The notes beneath the pieces are model-generated. The model made no database searches and had not been told where the DNA came from. It was given only the letters and a program-made list of their open reading frames with translations. A stretch of DNA of 64,000 bases. Origin: a virus (lineage: Duplodnaviria > Caudoviricetes). Below, piece by piece: positions 9,491 through 19,597 of the stretch. The stretch's first letter is position 1, and each line of letters begins with the position of its first letter. The stretch is from positions 160,001 through 224,000 of IMG/VR virus record IMGVR_UViG_3300011862_000001; one strand, 5' to 3'. A program made the translations under genes and the position numbers.

Positions 9491-9510
9491 CTGGTTAGAT
9501 TAAAAAAGAT

Positions 9511-9550
9511 TTCAGATATATATTACTTAGGTGAGAGTAGTATGATACTC
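9511..9550 (+). promoter_or_regulatory. putative early promoter
   Basis: TTCAGATATATATTAC contains the TATATTAC core reported for phiKZ early promoters; near-identical copy at 51000; short GAGTA...TACTC hairpin follows. Confidence 0.7.
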
Positions 9551-9596
9551 CCTTTACTTTTAACCATTATCGTTTATCGACAATAAGGATTTCACC

Positions 9597-9800
9597 ATGC
9601 GTATCGCAACTTTTAACATGAACAAAACTCGCTCTACCAAAACTCCTGACATGCTTGACCTGCTGTTAATGATGTCCAACGAAGAACGTAACAAAGTGTT
9701 GAACGTACTTAACGAAGGCAAGAAAATGGCTGACGATATCAACGCAGTGTACGGCAAAGAAGAAGAGAAGCAAACTGGCGGACTTGTGTGGGTCTGCTAA
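9597..9800 (+). CDS. small hypothetical early protein (monocistronic)
   Basis: AAGGA RBS; lies between the promoter motif and a terminator. Confidence 0.75.
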   Translation: MRIATFNMNKTRSTKTPDMLDLLLMMSNEERNKVLNVLNEGKKMADDINAVYGKEEEKQTGGLVWVC

Positions 9801-9834
9801 GGACAAAGCAATGCGTAACTATTACATGCGTTGT

Positions 9835-9886
9835 TAGAGTGCGGGAATTCCCGCACTCTATGCTTTCTTCTTTTTTTTTTGTTTTG
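9835..9886 (+). terminator. intrinsic terminator (perfect 26-bp palindrome)
   Basis: TAGAGTGCGGGAATTCCCGCACTCTA followed by a long T-tract. Confidence 0.8.
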
Positions 9887-9998
9887 CCGTTGTTTTTTGT
9901 CGAAGCGGGCAGTCCCAGTACAGTCGCCACCTTTAATATGCTGGCAGGGGGTTGAGCAACCGTTTGACCTTAATAAACCTCATAACCGAGTTAACGCG

Positions 9999-10802
9999 AT
10001 GTCTTTTAAATCTAAACAGAATCTGCTAAAACTCATCAACCACGAAAACCGACTCGATCCCGAGTTGACTTTCGACGATGTTGATATCTCTCTGCCGGAG
10101 GTGGTTTCAGTCGATGGGCGTGATTCGAAAGTCTCACTGACGTCGAAGTTAAAAGGTGATGAAGGGTCGGTTGTTGAGATTACTTACCACCGTCGAGACT
10201 TACCCGACTACATCAAAGACGATTTGACGTTCGATGCAATCGACGTGGTCACCACGCACGATTTCATTCCCGCGCTTAACGATCGTTACAACCTGAACCT
10301 GCTTCCGGAAGACCTGGAAGACGCCCCGGTCTCGGGTGATGCTCACACGGTTTCTGCCGTGGCAAGCTCACACGAATGGCGTGGGAACGTTATACTACAA
10401 CTGGTCACCGCCAAGCCGTTGGCATCGGTGATTACCCAGCCTACCTTAACCGGTCTGGTCTACCCTGAGCACCAAGACACCACGGTGGGGCAAGGGGTTA
10501 TATATTCGTACGATTTAGACGCCACACGTTTGGCGGCCTGGATTCCGACCCTTCTCGCAGGTCAAGCAGCAAGTACAGCGTTTGCGAACGCTTTGTCTAC
10601 TGTGGTTCCTGAGAACTGGGTGGTTAGTGCGACCCCAGCACCGTATAACCTGGCCAATGCTACACTGGCCTTCGCTGACAAAACGGCAAACCGTCCTGGC
10701 ACCAATCCGCATTACCAGTGGGTAATTGGACTGACGCTAGCGCCCGAATGCACCAACCTGCAAGGCACCCTGCTCTTGCACTTTACTGACCAGGAGGGCT
10801 AA
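9999..10802 (+). CDS. virion structural protein, tail/baseplate fibre paralog 1
   Basis: Family motifs LINxEN, YxRxxL, LNxxYxLxL, SxxWxG, LxxVITxxxLxGLxYP, GQGxIYSY, C-terminal GxLxLHF. Confidence 0.75.
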   Translation: MSFKSKQNLLKLINHENRLDPELTFDDVDISLPEVVSVDGRDSKVSLTSKLKGDEGSVVEITYHRRDLPDYIKDDLTFDAIDVVTTHDFIPALNDRYNLNLLPEDLEDAPVSGDAHTVSAVASSHEWRGNVILQLVTAKPLASVITQPTLTGLVYPEHQDTTVGQGVIYSYDLDATRLAAWIPTLLAGQAASTAFANALSTVVPENWVVSATPAPYNLANATLAFADKTANRPGTNPHYQWVIGLTLAPECTNLQGTLLLHFTDQEG

Positions 10803-11645
10803 GTGGGCTTTTACAACAAACCCTCGCGGGCGATGCTGCTGGACGCGATTAATCAGCAGAACGGGCTGATGGACAACCCGCTCACTTGGGACCAAATTGC
10901 TTCCGGGTATCCCGAAGAAGTATCGACCCCAGGTGCCGATCGCAACACGCGTGTGCTGCTGTATGGGATTACCAACGCCGGTTACCGGGGTAACGTTGCT
11001 ATCACCTACAACCGCATCCAGATGCCAATTCTGTTTCAGAATATCGTGCCGGTAGTCGTCACTGACCCGGTGCAAAAGCTCTCTGACCTGTTGCCGTTTC
11101 TGAACGACAAATACGGTTTATCGCTGACGGCTGACGACGTGGAAGATTTCTCCGTTGCGGACAAAGGTGAAAGCTGGTTGGCCGAGGTATCCATTCGACC
11201 GGGTTCATTAGCCTGGCAGGGCGTGTTTCGTTTGCGCTATGCCAAGTTCTTTCCGAACCTGTCTGATGTGATTACTGATGTTGACCTGACCGCGATTGTC
11301 GCCCCGTTTACAGTTGGGGATAAACCGCACGCGGAGTATGTGGCGTACGGCTACGATTGGACGGACCTTCAGAAGGTGTTCGAGGAAACCTGGAGCTATA
11401 ATCGCCTGCTTACCACAGACGACGTAGACCGGTTAAACGAGGTCGTACCGCTTGGCTTTACGATAGCACCTGCTGAGACGGCAAAGGCTGATGAGATTTC
11501 ACTGTTCGGTGCACGCTTTATGGGCACAGCCGCAGTGACAGACACCGGCCCGTATAATCCCGACTACCGTCGTGTGGCCGTCATTAAGTTAGCGACCACC
11601 AGTAACTACACCGGTAGCCTCTACCTCCATTATTCACCGAAGTAG
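10803..11645 (+). CDS. virion structural protein, paralog 2
   Basis: Same family motifs (AINQQN, RNT, YNR, LNDKYGL, SLAWQG, GSLYLHY). Confidence 0.8.
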   Translation: MGFYNKPSRAMLLDAINQQNGLMDNPLTWDQIASGYPEEVSTPGADRNTRVLLYGITNAGYRGNVAITYNRIQMPILFQNIVPVVVTDPVQKLSDLLPFLNDKYGLSLTADDVEDFSVADKGESWLAEVSIRPGSLAWQGVFRLRYAKFFPNLSDVITDVDLTAIVAPFTVGDKPHAEYVAYGYDWTDLQKVFEETWSYNRLLTTDDVDRLNEVVPLGFTIAPAETAKADEISLFGARFMGTAAVTDTGPYNPDYRRVAVIKLATTSNYTGSLYLHYSPK

Positions 11646-11653
11646 GGGACAAC

Positions 11654-12499
11654 ATGCCAATCTTAGCAACCGCTGAAGAAATTCTCATTAAAGAGATTAA
11701 CCTGGAAAACGGTCTGGACCTGTCGGTTGACGACATTGTCTTTGGTCCACCCCAGGTACCCACCAAGGATGAGGACGTGGCGAAAGCCAACGGCCACAAC
11801 AGCATGGTGCGACTGCAAGCCTTAGCCACGGCGAGTGCTATCGGTTACACCACCGTTTATTACGACCGGATTGATTTTGCTGATTTGTTTACGCCCCCCG
11901 ACGGTAACTCACCGCTGCGGGTGCCTGCACGATTAGACAGTGTGTTTACCACTCACCAGGTGCTAGAACTGATTAACCAATTCTACGGGTTACGGTTACG
12001 TCCAAGTGATGTGGAAGATGCGACTATCAATCGTAGCAACTGGCAAGTGCTCCTGAAAGCCACCCCAACCTCGCTAGGCTGGATAGGTGAGCAAACGGTA
12101 CAGTTAGTGCCAGGCGATGCGTCACTGCCTGCGAACTTTGTCCCGAAGACGGTCACCGCGTATCAGTATCCGCAATCCAACACGCGTGTAGGACAGGGCG
12201 CAATTTACTCCTACCCGTGGCGTTTTGATGATTATGCTGATGTGTTAAAGGCCGGTGGGTTAAGCCTGACCACTGAGCGTCTGGCGACGATTTTAAAAGC
12301 CGTCACCAAAGATGAATGGTTAGTCTACCGCAACCCGGTTAACTTTAACCTAAAAGAAGCCACCGTGGTCTACAATGGGCCGAACACCGTCGATATGCCG
12401 ACTAACCCCTCCGTGGATAACGTAGTGGTGATTGAACTGTCGTTGTATTGTCTTAATCTTGGCGGGCGTTTGTATTTGCACTACAACGACCCCGAATAA
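11654..12499 (+). CDS. virion structural protein, paralog 3
   Basis: Same family motifs (INLEN, YYDR, INQFYGL, SLGWIG, GQGAIYSY, GRLYLHYN). Confidence 0.8.
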   Translation: MPILATAEEILIKEINLENGLDLSVDDIVFGPPQVPTKDEDVAKANGHNSMVRLQALATASAIGYTTVYYDRIDFADLFTPPDGNSPLRVPARLDSVFTTHQVLELINQFYGLRLRPSDVEDATINRSNWQVLLKATPTSLGWIGEQTVQLVPGDASLPANFVPKTVTAYQYPQSNTRVGQGAIYSYPWRFDDYADVLKAGGLSLTTERLATILKAVTKDEWLVYRNPVNFNLKEATVVYNGPNTVDMPTNPSVDNVVVIELSLYCLNLGGRLYLHYNDPE

Positions 12500-12517
12500 C
12501 CGTGAAAGGAAGTTAGA

Positions 12518-13426
12518 ATGAAACCTTTAAACAAAACGTCCGACCTGCTGGTTCTCGACCTGATTAACGAAACGAACCCAGATGCCAAGCTGTCTTTGAA
12601 CAAAATCCTGTTTGAGCATCCGCAGGTGAAAGACGATGCTGATGGCACCAATACCTCTTTGCTGGTGAAAGCCCGTAAGAACTCTGGTTACATCTACAGC
12701 CAAGAGGTTGACTATAACCGTTTAGACGGTCACGCTTTGTTCCGCAACGTCACTGCGTATCTGGACGTGAAATCACCGACCAGCTCCAAAGACCTGCTGA
12801 ACCTGCTGAACAGCCAATACGGTCTGAAAATCACCGCAGACGACATCGTCTCTGCACCGATTGCCGAGGGCACCAACCCGCCGCTGGAAAACCCGGACGA
12901 TCCGGACCCGGTACCGGTTGACCACACCATTACCTTCGCTGACACCTGCTTGGCGTTTATCGGTACTATCCCGGTTAAAATCGGTCCACGTCCTCAGGTC
13001 GGTGAGCGTCTGAGCCTCGTCATTACCCAGCCGAAACTGGATGGCCTACATTACCCAGACGGTGCGTCGGCTAAAGGCCAGGCGTACATCTACTCCTACG
13101 GTGTGGATGCAACCGCTATCGCCTCGTTCCTGAAAGTTCAGGCTCCGGGTATCGTGGTGAACGACACGGCGTTCTTTGCTGAACTGAACAAAATCGTGCC
13201 GGAACTGTGGGTAGCAGAAGCAGAAGCTGCTGACTACAACCTGAAAGGGGCAGAGGTCATGTACAACGGTTCGACCACTGAACAAGTGGACGACGGTAAA
13301 GGCGGCACCATGCCGAAGCCGGTGGTGGGCGCGAACATGAACTACAACAGCATCATGCTGCTGAAGCTCAGCGACACCCTGTGCAGCAACTTCACCGGTA
13401 CCTTGTACCTGCATTACAACGCCTAA
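12518..13426 (+). CDS. virion structural protein, paralog 4
   Basis: Same family motifs (LINETN, YNRL, LNSQYGL, GQAYIYSY, GTLYLHYN). Confidence 0.8.
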   Translation: MKPLNKTSDLLVLDLINETNPDAKLSLNKILFEHPQVKDDADGTNTSLLVKARKNSGYIYSQEVDYNRLDGHALFRNVTAYLDVKSPTSSKDLLNLLNSQYGLKITADDIVSAPIAEGTNPPLENPDDPDPVPVDHTITFADTCLAFIGTIPVKIGPRPQVGERLSLVITQPKLDGLHYPDGASAKGQAYIYSYGVDATAIASFLKVQAPGIVVNDTAFFAELNKIVPELWVAEAEAADYNLKGAEVMYNGSTTEQVDDGKGGTMPKPVVGANMNYNSIMLLKLSDTLCSNFTGTLYLHYNA

Positions 13427-13434
13427 CGGCAGCG

Positions 13435-13490
13435 CCAGAGGGATGGGTTAGGCTCGTCCTAACCTGCCCTCTGGACCCTCTTACTTTTTT
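13435..13490 (+). terminator. long intergenic hairpin / weak terminator
   Basis: CCAGAGGG..GGTTAGG-CTCGT-CCTAACC..CCCTCTGG, then a T-rich run. Confidence 0.55.
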
Positions 13491-13511
13491 AGACCTGCCG
13501 AGGAGGCTACT

Positions 13512-14348
13512 ATGCCACTTTATAGTAAGTCTCAGCAACAGTTTCTGCTTGATGCGATTAATGCCATCACGCCTGGGGCGATATCGCCTGCCGATATGGA
13601 AAACACCACTTTCGGCTTGCCCAAAGCGATTGCAGCAGCGCTACCGGACTCACCCAATACCGAGATTACCCTGCGGGGTCGTCAAGGTCGCGGCTACACC
13701 GGTACGCAAACCTTTCGCTATCGTCGCCTGTCGCTGAATGACTTATTTAAGAACTTTGTGCCGCAGGTCACGGCACCCACCGCTTACGGATGGCTCACTA
13801 CTGAGGCCAAAAAGAAAGCGTTTGCCCAAAACCTTAACGGCCGTTACGGGTTAAACCTGGTGGCCGCAGATATCCCGGATCAGTTCGTACAGCTCAACGT
13901 GGAGAACACCCTGGGAGTCCTCTCCAGTTGCCTTCAGTACACAGGCTCCATTACGTTTATGTCGATTCGTGGCAAGAACGATTTGGAAGAGCTGGTGCTT
14001 AACGATGTGCTGGACACGCTGAACCATCCGGTGGCAGTCGAAGATAAACTCTGTTTACCGCTGCTCAGTTACGGGTGGGACTTCACGGATGAACAACAGC
14101 TGATGTCCGGGTTCGTTAACGGCAGTCTGAGTGTAGGGGCGAATGCGACCAGTGGGCGTACTGACCAGTTGATGGCGCTGTTAGTCGAACGCGGTATTCC
14201 AAGCTTTGACCCAACAGGTGCGCGCATTACCCGTTACCTGACCACCGCTGAAACGCGTGCTAACACCCGCTATGATAACGTGCTGGTGATTACGGGTATC
14301 CGTGATGTGAATGTCGCGGGCGACTGCCTGCTTCACTACAATAATTAG
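13512..14348 (+). CDS. virion structural protein, paralog 5
   Basis: Same family motifs (AINA, GRGYTG, YRRL, LNGRYGL, LLHYN). Confidence 0.8.
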   Translation: MPLYSKSQQQFLLDAINAITPGAISPADMENTTFGLPKAIAAALPDSPNTEITLRGRQGRGYTGTQTFRYRRLSLNDLFKNFVPQVTAPTAYGWLTTEAKKKAFAQNLNGRYGLNLVAADIPDQFVQLNVENTLGVLSSCLQYTGSITFMSIRGKNDLEELVLNDVLDTLNHPVAVEDKLCLPLLSYGWDFTDEQQLMSGFVNGSLSVGANATSGRTDQLMALLVERGIPSFDPTGARITRYLTTAETRANTRYDNVLVITGIRDVNVAGDCLLHYNN

Positions 14349-14360
14349 GAATGAACACGA

Positions 14361-15245
14361 ATGGCTATTTATCAACCCGCGAAAGACGTTATTCTGGCCG
14401 CGGTTAACGCCCAGAACTCGCTGAGCATTAAGGCCACTGACGTGGTGTTCAGTGCACCGAAAGATATCCGTGGTACCGATAAAGGCACCATCACGGGTAA
14501 GAATACCCAAATCAAACTGACCGCAGCGCCGGTAGGCTCTGGTTGGTCAGGTAAGAAGAACGTGACCTATAACCGTTTAGACCTTGCTGATTTAGTGACC
14601 CTGATAGGCGACACGCTTATCATGGGTTCCTCGGTGCAGATGTTGCACGACGGTTTGATTGGTCTTAACAACCGCTACGGCTTTATCTTCGATACCGGGG
14701 ATTTAGACAACACCGAAGTCGAGTGGGCATCGGAGGGCGCAACCGGTAAAGTCATGCTGCGTGCGAAAGCAGACAGTGTGGGTTGGATTGGTGCGTACAA
14801 CTTCAATGTTAAACGTGGCGATGAATCGTTGGAATCGGCAGTCACCACCAATGTCCTCTCGGGCCTCAAATACCCGAACGGTCAGATGGGCTCCGAAACA
14901 CCGACTGCGATTATGGCACAGGTGTACTCTTACCCGTACAACTTCACCGCGTACCGCGACCAGTTGTTGGCAATGGCACCTCAGGTATTGACCGGTCAGG
15001 TTTTGACCGACATCACCAATATCCTGAAAACCGTCACGGGTGCCGCATGGCTTGCCACCACCTCCGCAACGTGGGGCTTGGCAGACGGCCGTATCCTGAG
15101 CGTCGGGCTCAACGATCCGATTACCATGCCGACCAACGCCAAGTACAAGTACGTCATGGTTATTCAGTTGCCAGCGGCTACCACCAACATCACCGGGAAC
15201 CTGTACTTGCAGTTCAACGACCCGGAAAACCCGTCTGAGGTGTAA
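14361..15245 (+). CDS. virion structural protein, paralog 6
   Basis: Same family motifs (VNAQN, YNRL, LNNRYG, SVGWIG, GNLYLQFN). Confidence 0.8.
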   Translation: MAIYQPAKDVILAAVNAQNSLSIKATDVVFSAPKDIRGTDKGTITGKNTQIKLTAAPVGSGWSGKKNVTYNRLDLADLVTLIGDTLIMGSSVQMLHDGLIGLNNRYGFIFDTGDLDNTEVEWASEGATGKVMLRAKADSVGWIGAYNFNVKRGDESLESAVTTNVLSGLKYPNGQMGSETPTAIMAQVYSYPYNFTAYRDQLLAMAPQVLTGQVLTDITNILKTVTGAAWLATTSATWGLADGRILSVGLNDPITMPTNAKYKYVMVIQLPAATTNITGNLYLQFNDPENPSEV

Positions 15246-15248
15246 TCC

Positions 15249-16085
15249 ATGCTGAACTACTCCAAACCGTCTAACGTGCTGGTGTTTGATTTAATCAACT
15301 TGGCTAACCCGGGGCTACCTGCCTCGATTAATGCCGACAACTGTACGGTAGAGAAAATCGTTGAAATGACACCGGGGCCGGCGAGTAACTTTCGCAATAC
15401 CAGTGCCCGTATTCGTGGGGTGCAGGGTTCCGGTTTTCGTGACAGTATCACCGTCTATTACGACCGTGTGAAGCTGCCTACGTTACTGCCGTTTGGTAAC
15501 TCAGCTATCCGTGATGCCGCAGCCTTTACCACCTTTACGGCGGCAAACGTGCATGCTGCACTCTCGGCTATCAATGAAACCTACGGGTTGAACTTCGGTA
15601 CCATGGATGTGGTGAATGCCGCTATCGGTGGGGCAGGGGTGGCCAATAACATGACCACCATTGCACTCACTGCGACGGTTAACTCACCGGCGTATACCGG
15701 CAGTGCCAGCATTACCTGTAAACGTGGTTTACCGGTGCTTGACACCTCGGTGGTCGTTGATGTGTTAGACACCCTGAAGCATCCGATTGAGCCGAGTTTG
15801 CAGAAGAAATCCATCAGCTTGTTGACGTATGGCATTGACTTCACCGCCTACAAAAACTTGCTGGCAGTCGACGCTTCTGGTCTGCCGCAGTGGGCGGGCT
15901 TGCGTGCGCTGCTGGATGAGCTCGGTATCCCGGCATACGACGGTCCGCTTAACAGCAACACCGTACAAGACGTCCCGACCTCAACGGCGCAGTACGCCAA
16001 CAAAGCGTTTGACCGCGTGGTGATTCAAACCGGCATTGATAATGGACAAGTAAAAGGCCAAGCCTACTACCATTATAACAGTTAA
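15249..16085 (+). CDS. virion structural protein, paralog 7
   Basis: Same family motifs (LINLAN, RNT, YYDR, INETYGL, YYHYN); C-terminal half resembles paralog 5. Confidence 0.8.
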   Translation: MLNYSKPSNVLVFDLINLANPGLPASINADNCTVEKIVEMTPGPASNFRNTSARIRGVQGSGFRDSITVYYDRVKLPTLLPFGNSAIRDAAAFTTFTAANVHAALSAINETYGLNFGTMDVVNAAIGGAGVANNMTTIALTATVNSPAYTGSASITCKRGLPVLDTSVVVDVLDTLKHPIEPSLQKKSISLLTYGIDFTAYKNLLAVDASGLPQWAGLRALLDELGIPAYDGPLNSNTVQDVPTSTAQYANKAFDRVVIQTGIDNGQVKGQAYYHYNS

Positions 16086-16089
16086 TACC

Positions 16090-16116
16090 AGGCCCTTCGG
16101 GGCCTTTTTCTTTTTT
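16090..16116 (+). terminator. intrinsic terminator
   Basis: AGGCCC-TTCG-GGGCCT plus T-tract. Confidence 0.85.
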
Positions 16117-16128
16117 GAGGATGTTGCA

Positions 16129-17439
16129 ATGATCAATTACAACAAGCCCACGGCCCAGCTGGTCTGGGATCAGATTAATCGCGATAACCCAGGCCTGGCA
16201 AAACCGCTGAATGCGAATAACGTGGGTGTATTGCAAGGTCCTTTAACCAGCGGGTTACAAGGCAACCGTAATACCAAGCTGATTATCACCGGGCTACCGG
16301 GCAGTGGTTATAGCGGTAAGCAAAGCATCTACTACGACCGCCTGGCGTTGCAGTCCTACGCCCGTAATTTCGTACCCATAAAAGTCCCTTACCGGGCCAC
16401 CAAGATGCGTGAGGTGTTGCCCGCGTTCAACGAGGCAGTAGGGTTGCAATTAACGGTTGACGACATCGCCAACCCTGATGCGATATTCGCACCCGTGACG
16501 ACCGGCAGCGGCAACCTGATACTGACGATAAATGCCAATTCCTTATCGTTTACCGGGTCACTGTATGTTAACTGGACACGAATGGCACCGAGTCTTGCAG
16601 ACATTTACACCAAACCGCAAATCGACTTATGGCCAGCGCTTGACGGGCACACCAAAATTTATAATACCGATTTCACACCCTACTCGTCTGTCCTCACCGC
16701 ACTGGCGTCAGGCTCGGTGTTAAAGTCCAGCCTCGGGACCAATGTCACGAATTTGATAAACGTGATTAAACGTTGGGCACTTGTACCGGTCACGGTGGGA
16801 ACGACACCCTCTGGCGCACCGCTTGATTTGACAGACTGGGTCCTGACAAAAATCACACCCAGCACGGGGGTACCGGATGCCAACCCGCTCTACTCTAACG
16901 CCGTGGTACTTACACCGCCTATCACCTCAGCGCATCAACGGCCGTTGTACTTGCATTACGGTAGACGCGATGGCAAAACCACTTACGCGCAAGAAGCTGA
17001 CTTGCTGCGCTATATTGCCCTTCAGGGCTACGACCCAGAAGGGCCGATGATAGGCGGGCCGGGAAGTGGTAGCGTGTGGCGCTCCGTATTACCGACTACA
17101 CCACAGCCAAGTGATTACATGTGGGGTTCACCGTGGGGTCAGTTTGTGGCGGCGGGTTATTGGTCACGTATTTGTCAGCACGCTTTTCCAACCCTTGCCA
17201 TGTTCCAGGACAGCGTACAGGCCAAACGTCGTGTACTGGTGCAGTACAATAATGAAACGGGCGCGAATACCAAAATTATCGGCACAGACCGTAATGGTTA
17301 CTTAAGCGAAACCGTCACAATAAACGGATGGCGACGCGTTACAGGATTTATCTATTACGACACCACGACTGGTGGTTACATGACGGTCAACCCCTTTACC
17401 ATGAGTGCGGCGACTGCCTGGTATCCACCTTATGCTTAA
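16129..17439 (+). CDS. virion structural protein, extended paralog (module copy A, gene 1)
   Basis: Family N-terminus (INRDN, RNT, GYSG, YYDRL) plus an extra C-terminal domain (GSPW...HAFP...FIYYD...AWYPP). Confidence 0.85.
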   Translation: MINYNKPTAQLVWDQINRDNPGLAKPLNANNVGVLQGPLTSGLQGNRNTKLIITGLPGSGYSGKQSIYYDRLALQSYARNFVPIKVPYRATKMREVLPAFNEAVGLQLTVDDIANPDAIFAPVTTGSGNLILTINANSLSFTGSLYVNWTRMAPSLADIYTKPQIDLWPALDGHTKIYNTDFTPYSSVLTALASGSVLKSSLGTNVTNLINVIKRWALVPVTVGTTPSGAPLDLTDWVLTKITPSTGVPDANPLYSNAVVLTPPITSAHQRPLYLHYGRRDGKTTYAQEADLLRYIALQGYDPEGPMIGGPGSGSVWRSVLPTTPQPSDYMWGSPWGQFVAAGYWSRICQHAFPTLAMFQDSVQAKRRVLVQYNNETGANTKIIGTDRNGYLSETVTINGWRRVTGFIYYDTTTGGYMTVNPFTMSAATAWYPPYA

Positions 17440-17453
17440 AAGGTAATACATCT

Positions 17454-19574
17454 ATGCCGTTTATTCCAGACTTAAGAGACGCGGTGGTGCGTGCACTGAA
17501 CCGCATTAATAAACCGGCACAATCCGCCGTGCTTGCTGATGTGAAAGTTATCGGGGTGACGCCTTACGCCGGTGAGCGTTTAGATGTCACGATTACGGGC
17601 AATCAAAACCAACCCACGTACGGGGAGTACACCACCCAGCTTAAACGGCAGAATATCGCCGATTACTTCGCTGCGGTAGGGCCGTTGAAAGTACCGACCA
17701 GTGCGACACTGCACATTCTGCTGCCTCGTTTGCAACAGTCGGTTGGGTTTACCATGACCACAGACGACTTTGAAGACACACCGATAACCTGGGTGGATGG
17801 CAAAGCACAAGTGACCTTCACTGCCAAACCCGGCAGTGTGTTCTGGTACGGCAGTGCGACAGCAACGCTGTTGGATGGCGACCTCGACATGAGTGTGGCG
17901 TATTTAGCCCAAGCAGTGACGGTCGGCTCGAATATCACTAACCTCGACCAGTTGATAACCTACTATGGCGTCTCCGCTCGCCGGGCGGTTGATCTCGAGC
18001 GAGTCGAAGTCACCGGACCGTTTACGCTGGAAGAGGCCGGGTTAACCAACGCCAGCTATAACTCGGTCATAATTCTCACAGCCAAACCGTTCTCGGGGTT
18101 CAAAGGCTCACGCACGGTCTTCTTTAACCGCTTTAACCTCGCCACCGCAGAAGGCAAGACCACCCTTACCCCGGATGATTTTACCGGCAATACCCGTGAT
18201 GCGTTATTGACAGAAACACTGGGGATGGGGACGGCGGTACCGGTTGTTGACATTCGTGACGATGTTCTGCCTGACGGCTGGCCTAAAACCACCAAACTGG
18301 TGGCGATGCGACAGTCCGTGAGGGTCTTCGGGGAAGCCAACGTTACCGTAAAACGCTTTATGGATGACGCCAAAGTCATCAATGTGACCATCGGCAGTGG
18401 CGTATATGCTTACAGCGATGCCACATGGGATTTTTACGTCTACAACAAATACCCGTCGGCGGGACGGATCACGATTAACGTTAACGTCGCAGCCGACGCA
18501 TTGATGTTTGCATCAACCAACACCAACCACGCGATACCCATTAAACGTATGCCGACCGTCGGTGATGTGATTTGGAATATCGTTAACCGAGGAATTATCT
18601 CAGGACGCGGTGGCACAGGACAGGCAAACGGCGTAACGCCTGTGAAGGCGACCGATGGGATTAATATTGCCGCTGACTTCAAGGGCGTGGTCAATATTGA
18701 GAACTACGGGCTTATCGCCGGTGGCGGGGGTGGAGGTGACGCACAGGGCTATCCTGGGTGTATCATCCCGGGGAACGGTGGTGTACCTTCCGGTGATGCG
18801 GGGTCGGGTGACTATAATGCGCCAGGCCAAGTGGGTGGACAGAAGGTTCCGGCACCGGAAGTGTATTTGACCGGCTCTGATGGCAAGAAGTATTTCAATG
18901 GTGCAGGTGGGGGCTTTGGTCAACCGGGTAAACACGCGCGGTTCGAGTCGTATACCAACGGGGTTCTCAAAAGTGCCTCCGAAGGGACGAGTCCGTATAC
19001 CATGCCCGGACAACCGGGTGCGTCTATCGGTGGGCAACTGGCAGCGGTTAAGTGGATAGCTGAAGGTACCACGATGCCACCGGCTAAAAAACCGTATGCC
19101 GATTTCCTGGACTACCTGTCAACGCTTTCGACTACTGCGCTTATCGATAGCGACAATATGTCGCGTGTCAGTACGCTGCCGGTGGTGGTACAGATGTACG
19201 GCGGTAGCATTTCCAATAACTGGAAGCAATCTATCACCACCAAAAATGCGTTGTATGGTTCACCGTTCAAAGGGCCGGTTCTGGTGCGTCCAGAGTGTAT
19301 GTTGTTTGCGGTTATCTCACACTGCTTCCCACATCCGGACCCGTTGTACGACAACTACTTTACCAGCCGCAAGGTATTGATGTATCTCAGTGATGCAGGT
19401 AGTGCAAGTTCACCCACTCCGATTTATCGTAACTACATCAACAGCCTTGGCTCTGCGGAGTTTCCTGCGAAGCGGGTGGATAAATTCGTTTACTACGATG
19501 GCTTTAAAGGCATGATGATGGAATGCAACCCGTTCTTGGGCACCGATCCGGTACCTTGGGTACGACCAAGCTGA
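17454..19574 (+). CDS. putative tail fibre/receptor-binding protein with a gp38-like glycine-rich domain (module copy A, gene 2)
   Basis: Family N-terminal domains; NRGIISGRGG, IENYGLIAGGGGGG and further Gly-rich loops as in T-even gp38 adhesins; start placed at ATG 17454 by analogy with its paralog (MPF/MPY). Confidence 0.8.
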   Translation: MPFIPDLRDAVVRALNRINKPAQSAVLADVKVIGVTPYAGERLDVTITGNQNQPTYGEYTTQLKRQNIADYFAAVGPLKVPTSATLHILLPRLQQSVGFTMTTDDFEDTPITWVDGKAQVTFTAKPGSVFWYGSATATLLDGDLDMSVAYLAQAVTVGSNITNLDQLITYYGVSARRAVDLERVEVTGPFTLEEAGLTNASYNSVIILTAKPFSGFKGSRTVFFNRFNLATAEGKTTLTPDDFTGNTRDALLTETLGMGTAVPVVDIRDDVLPDGWPKTTKLVAMRQSVRVFGEANVTVKRFMDDAKVINVTIGSGVYAYSDATWDFYVYNKYPSAGRITINVNVAADALMFASTNTNHAIPIKRMPTVGDVIWNIVNRGIISGRGGTGQANGVTPVKATDGINIAADFKGVVNIENYGLIAGGGGGGDAQGYPGCIIPGNGGVPSGDAGSGDYNAPGQVGGQKVPAPEVYLTGSDGKKYFNGAGGGFGQPGKHARFESYTNGVLKSASEGTSPYTMPGQPGASIGGQLAAVKWIAEGTTMPPAKKPYADFLDYLSTLSTTALIDSDNMSRVSTLPVVVQMYGGSISNNWKQSITTKNALYGSPFKGPVLVRPECMLFAVISHCFPHPDPLYDNYFTSRKVLMYLSDAGSASSPTPIYRNYINSLGSAEFPAKRVDKFVYYDGFKGMMMECNPFLGTDPVPWVRPS

Positions 19575-19597
19575 CCGCCAGGCGATGAGGATTAAAC

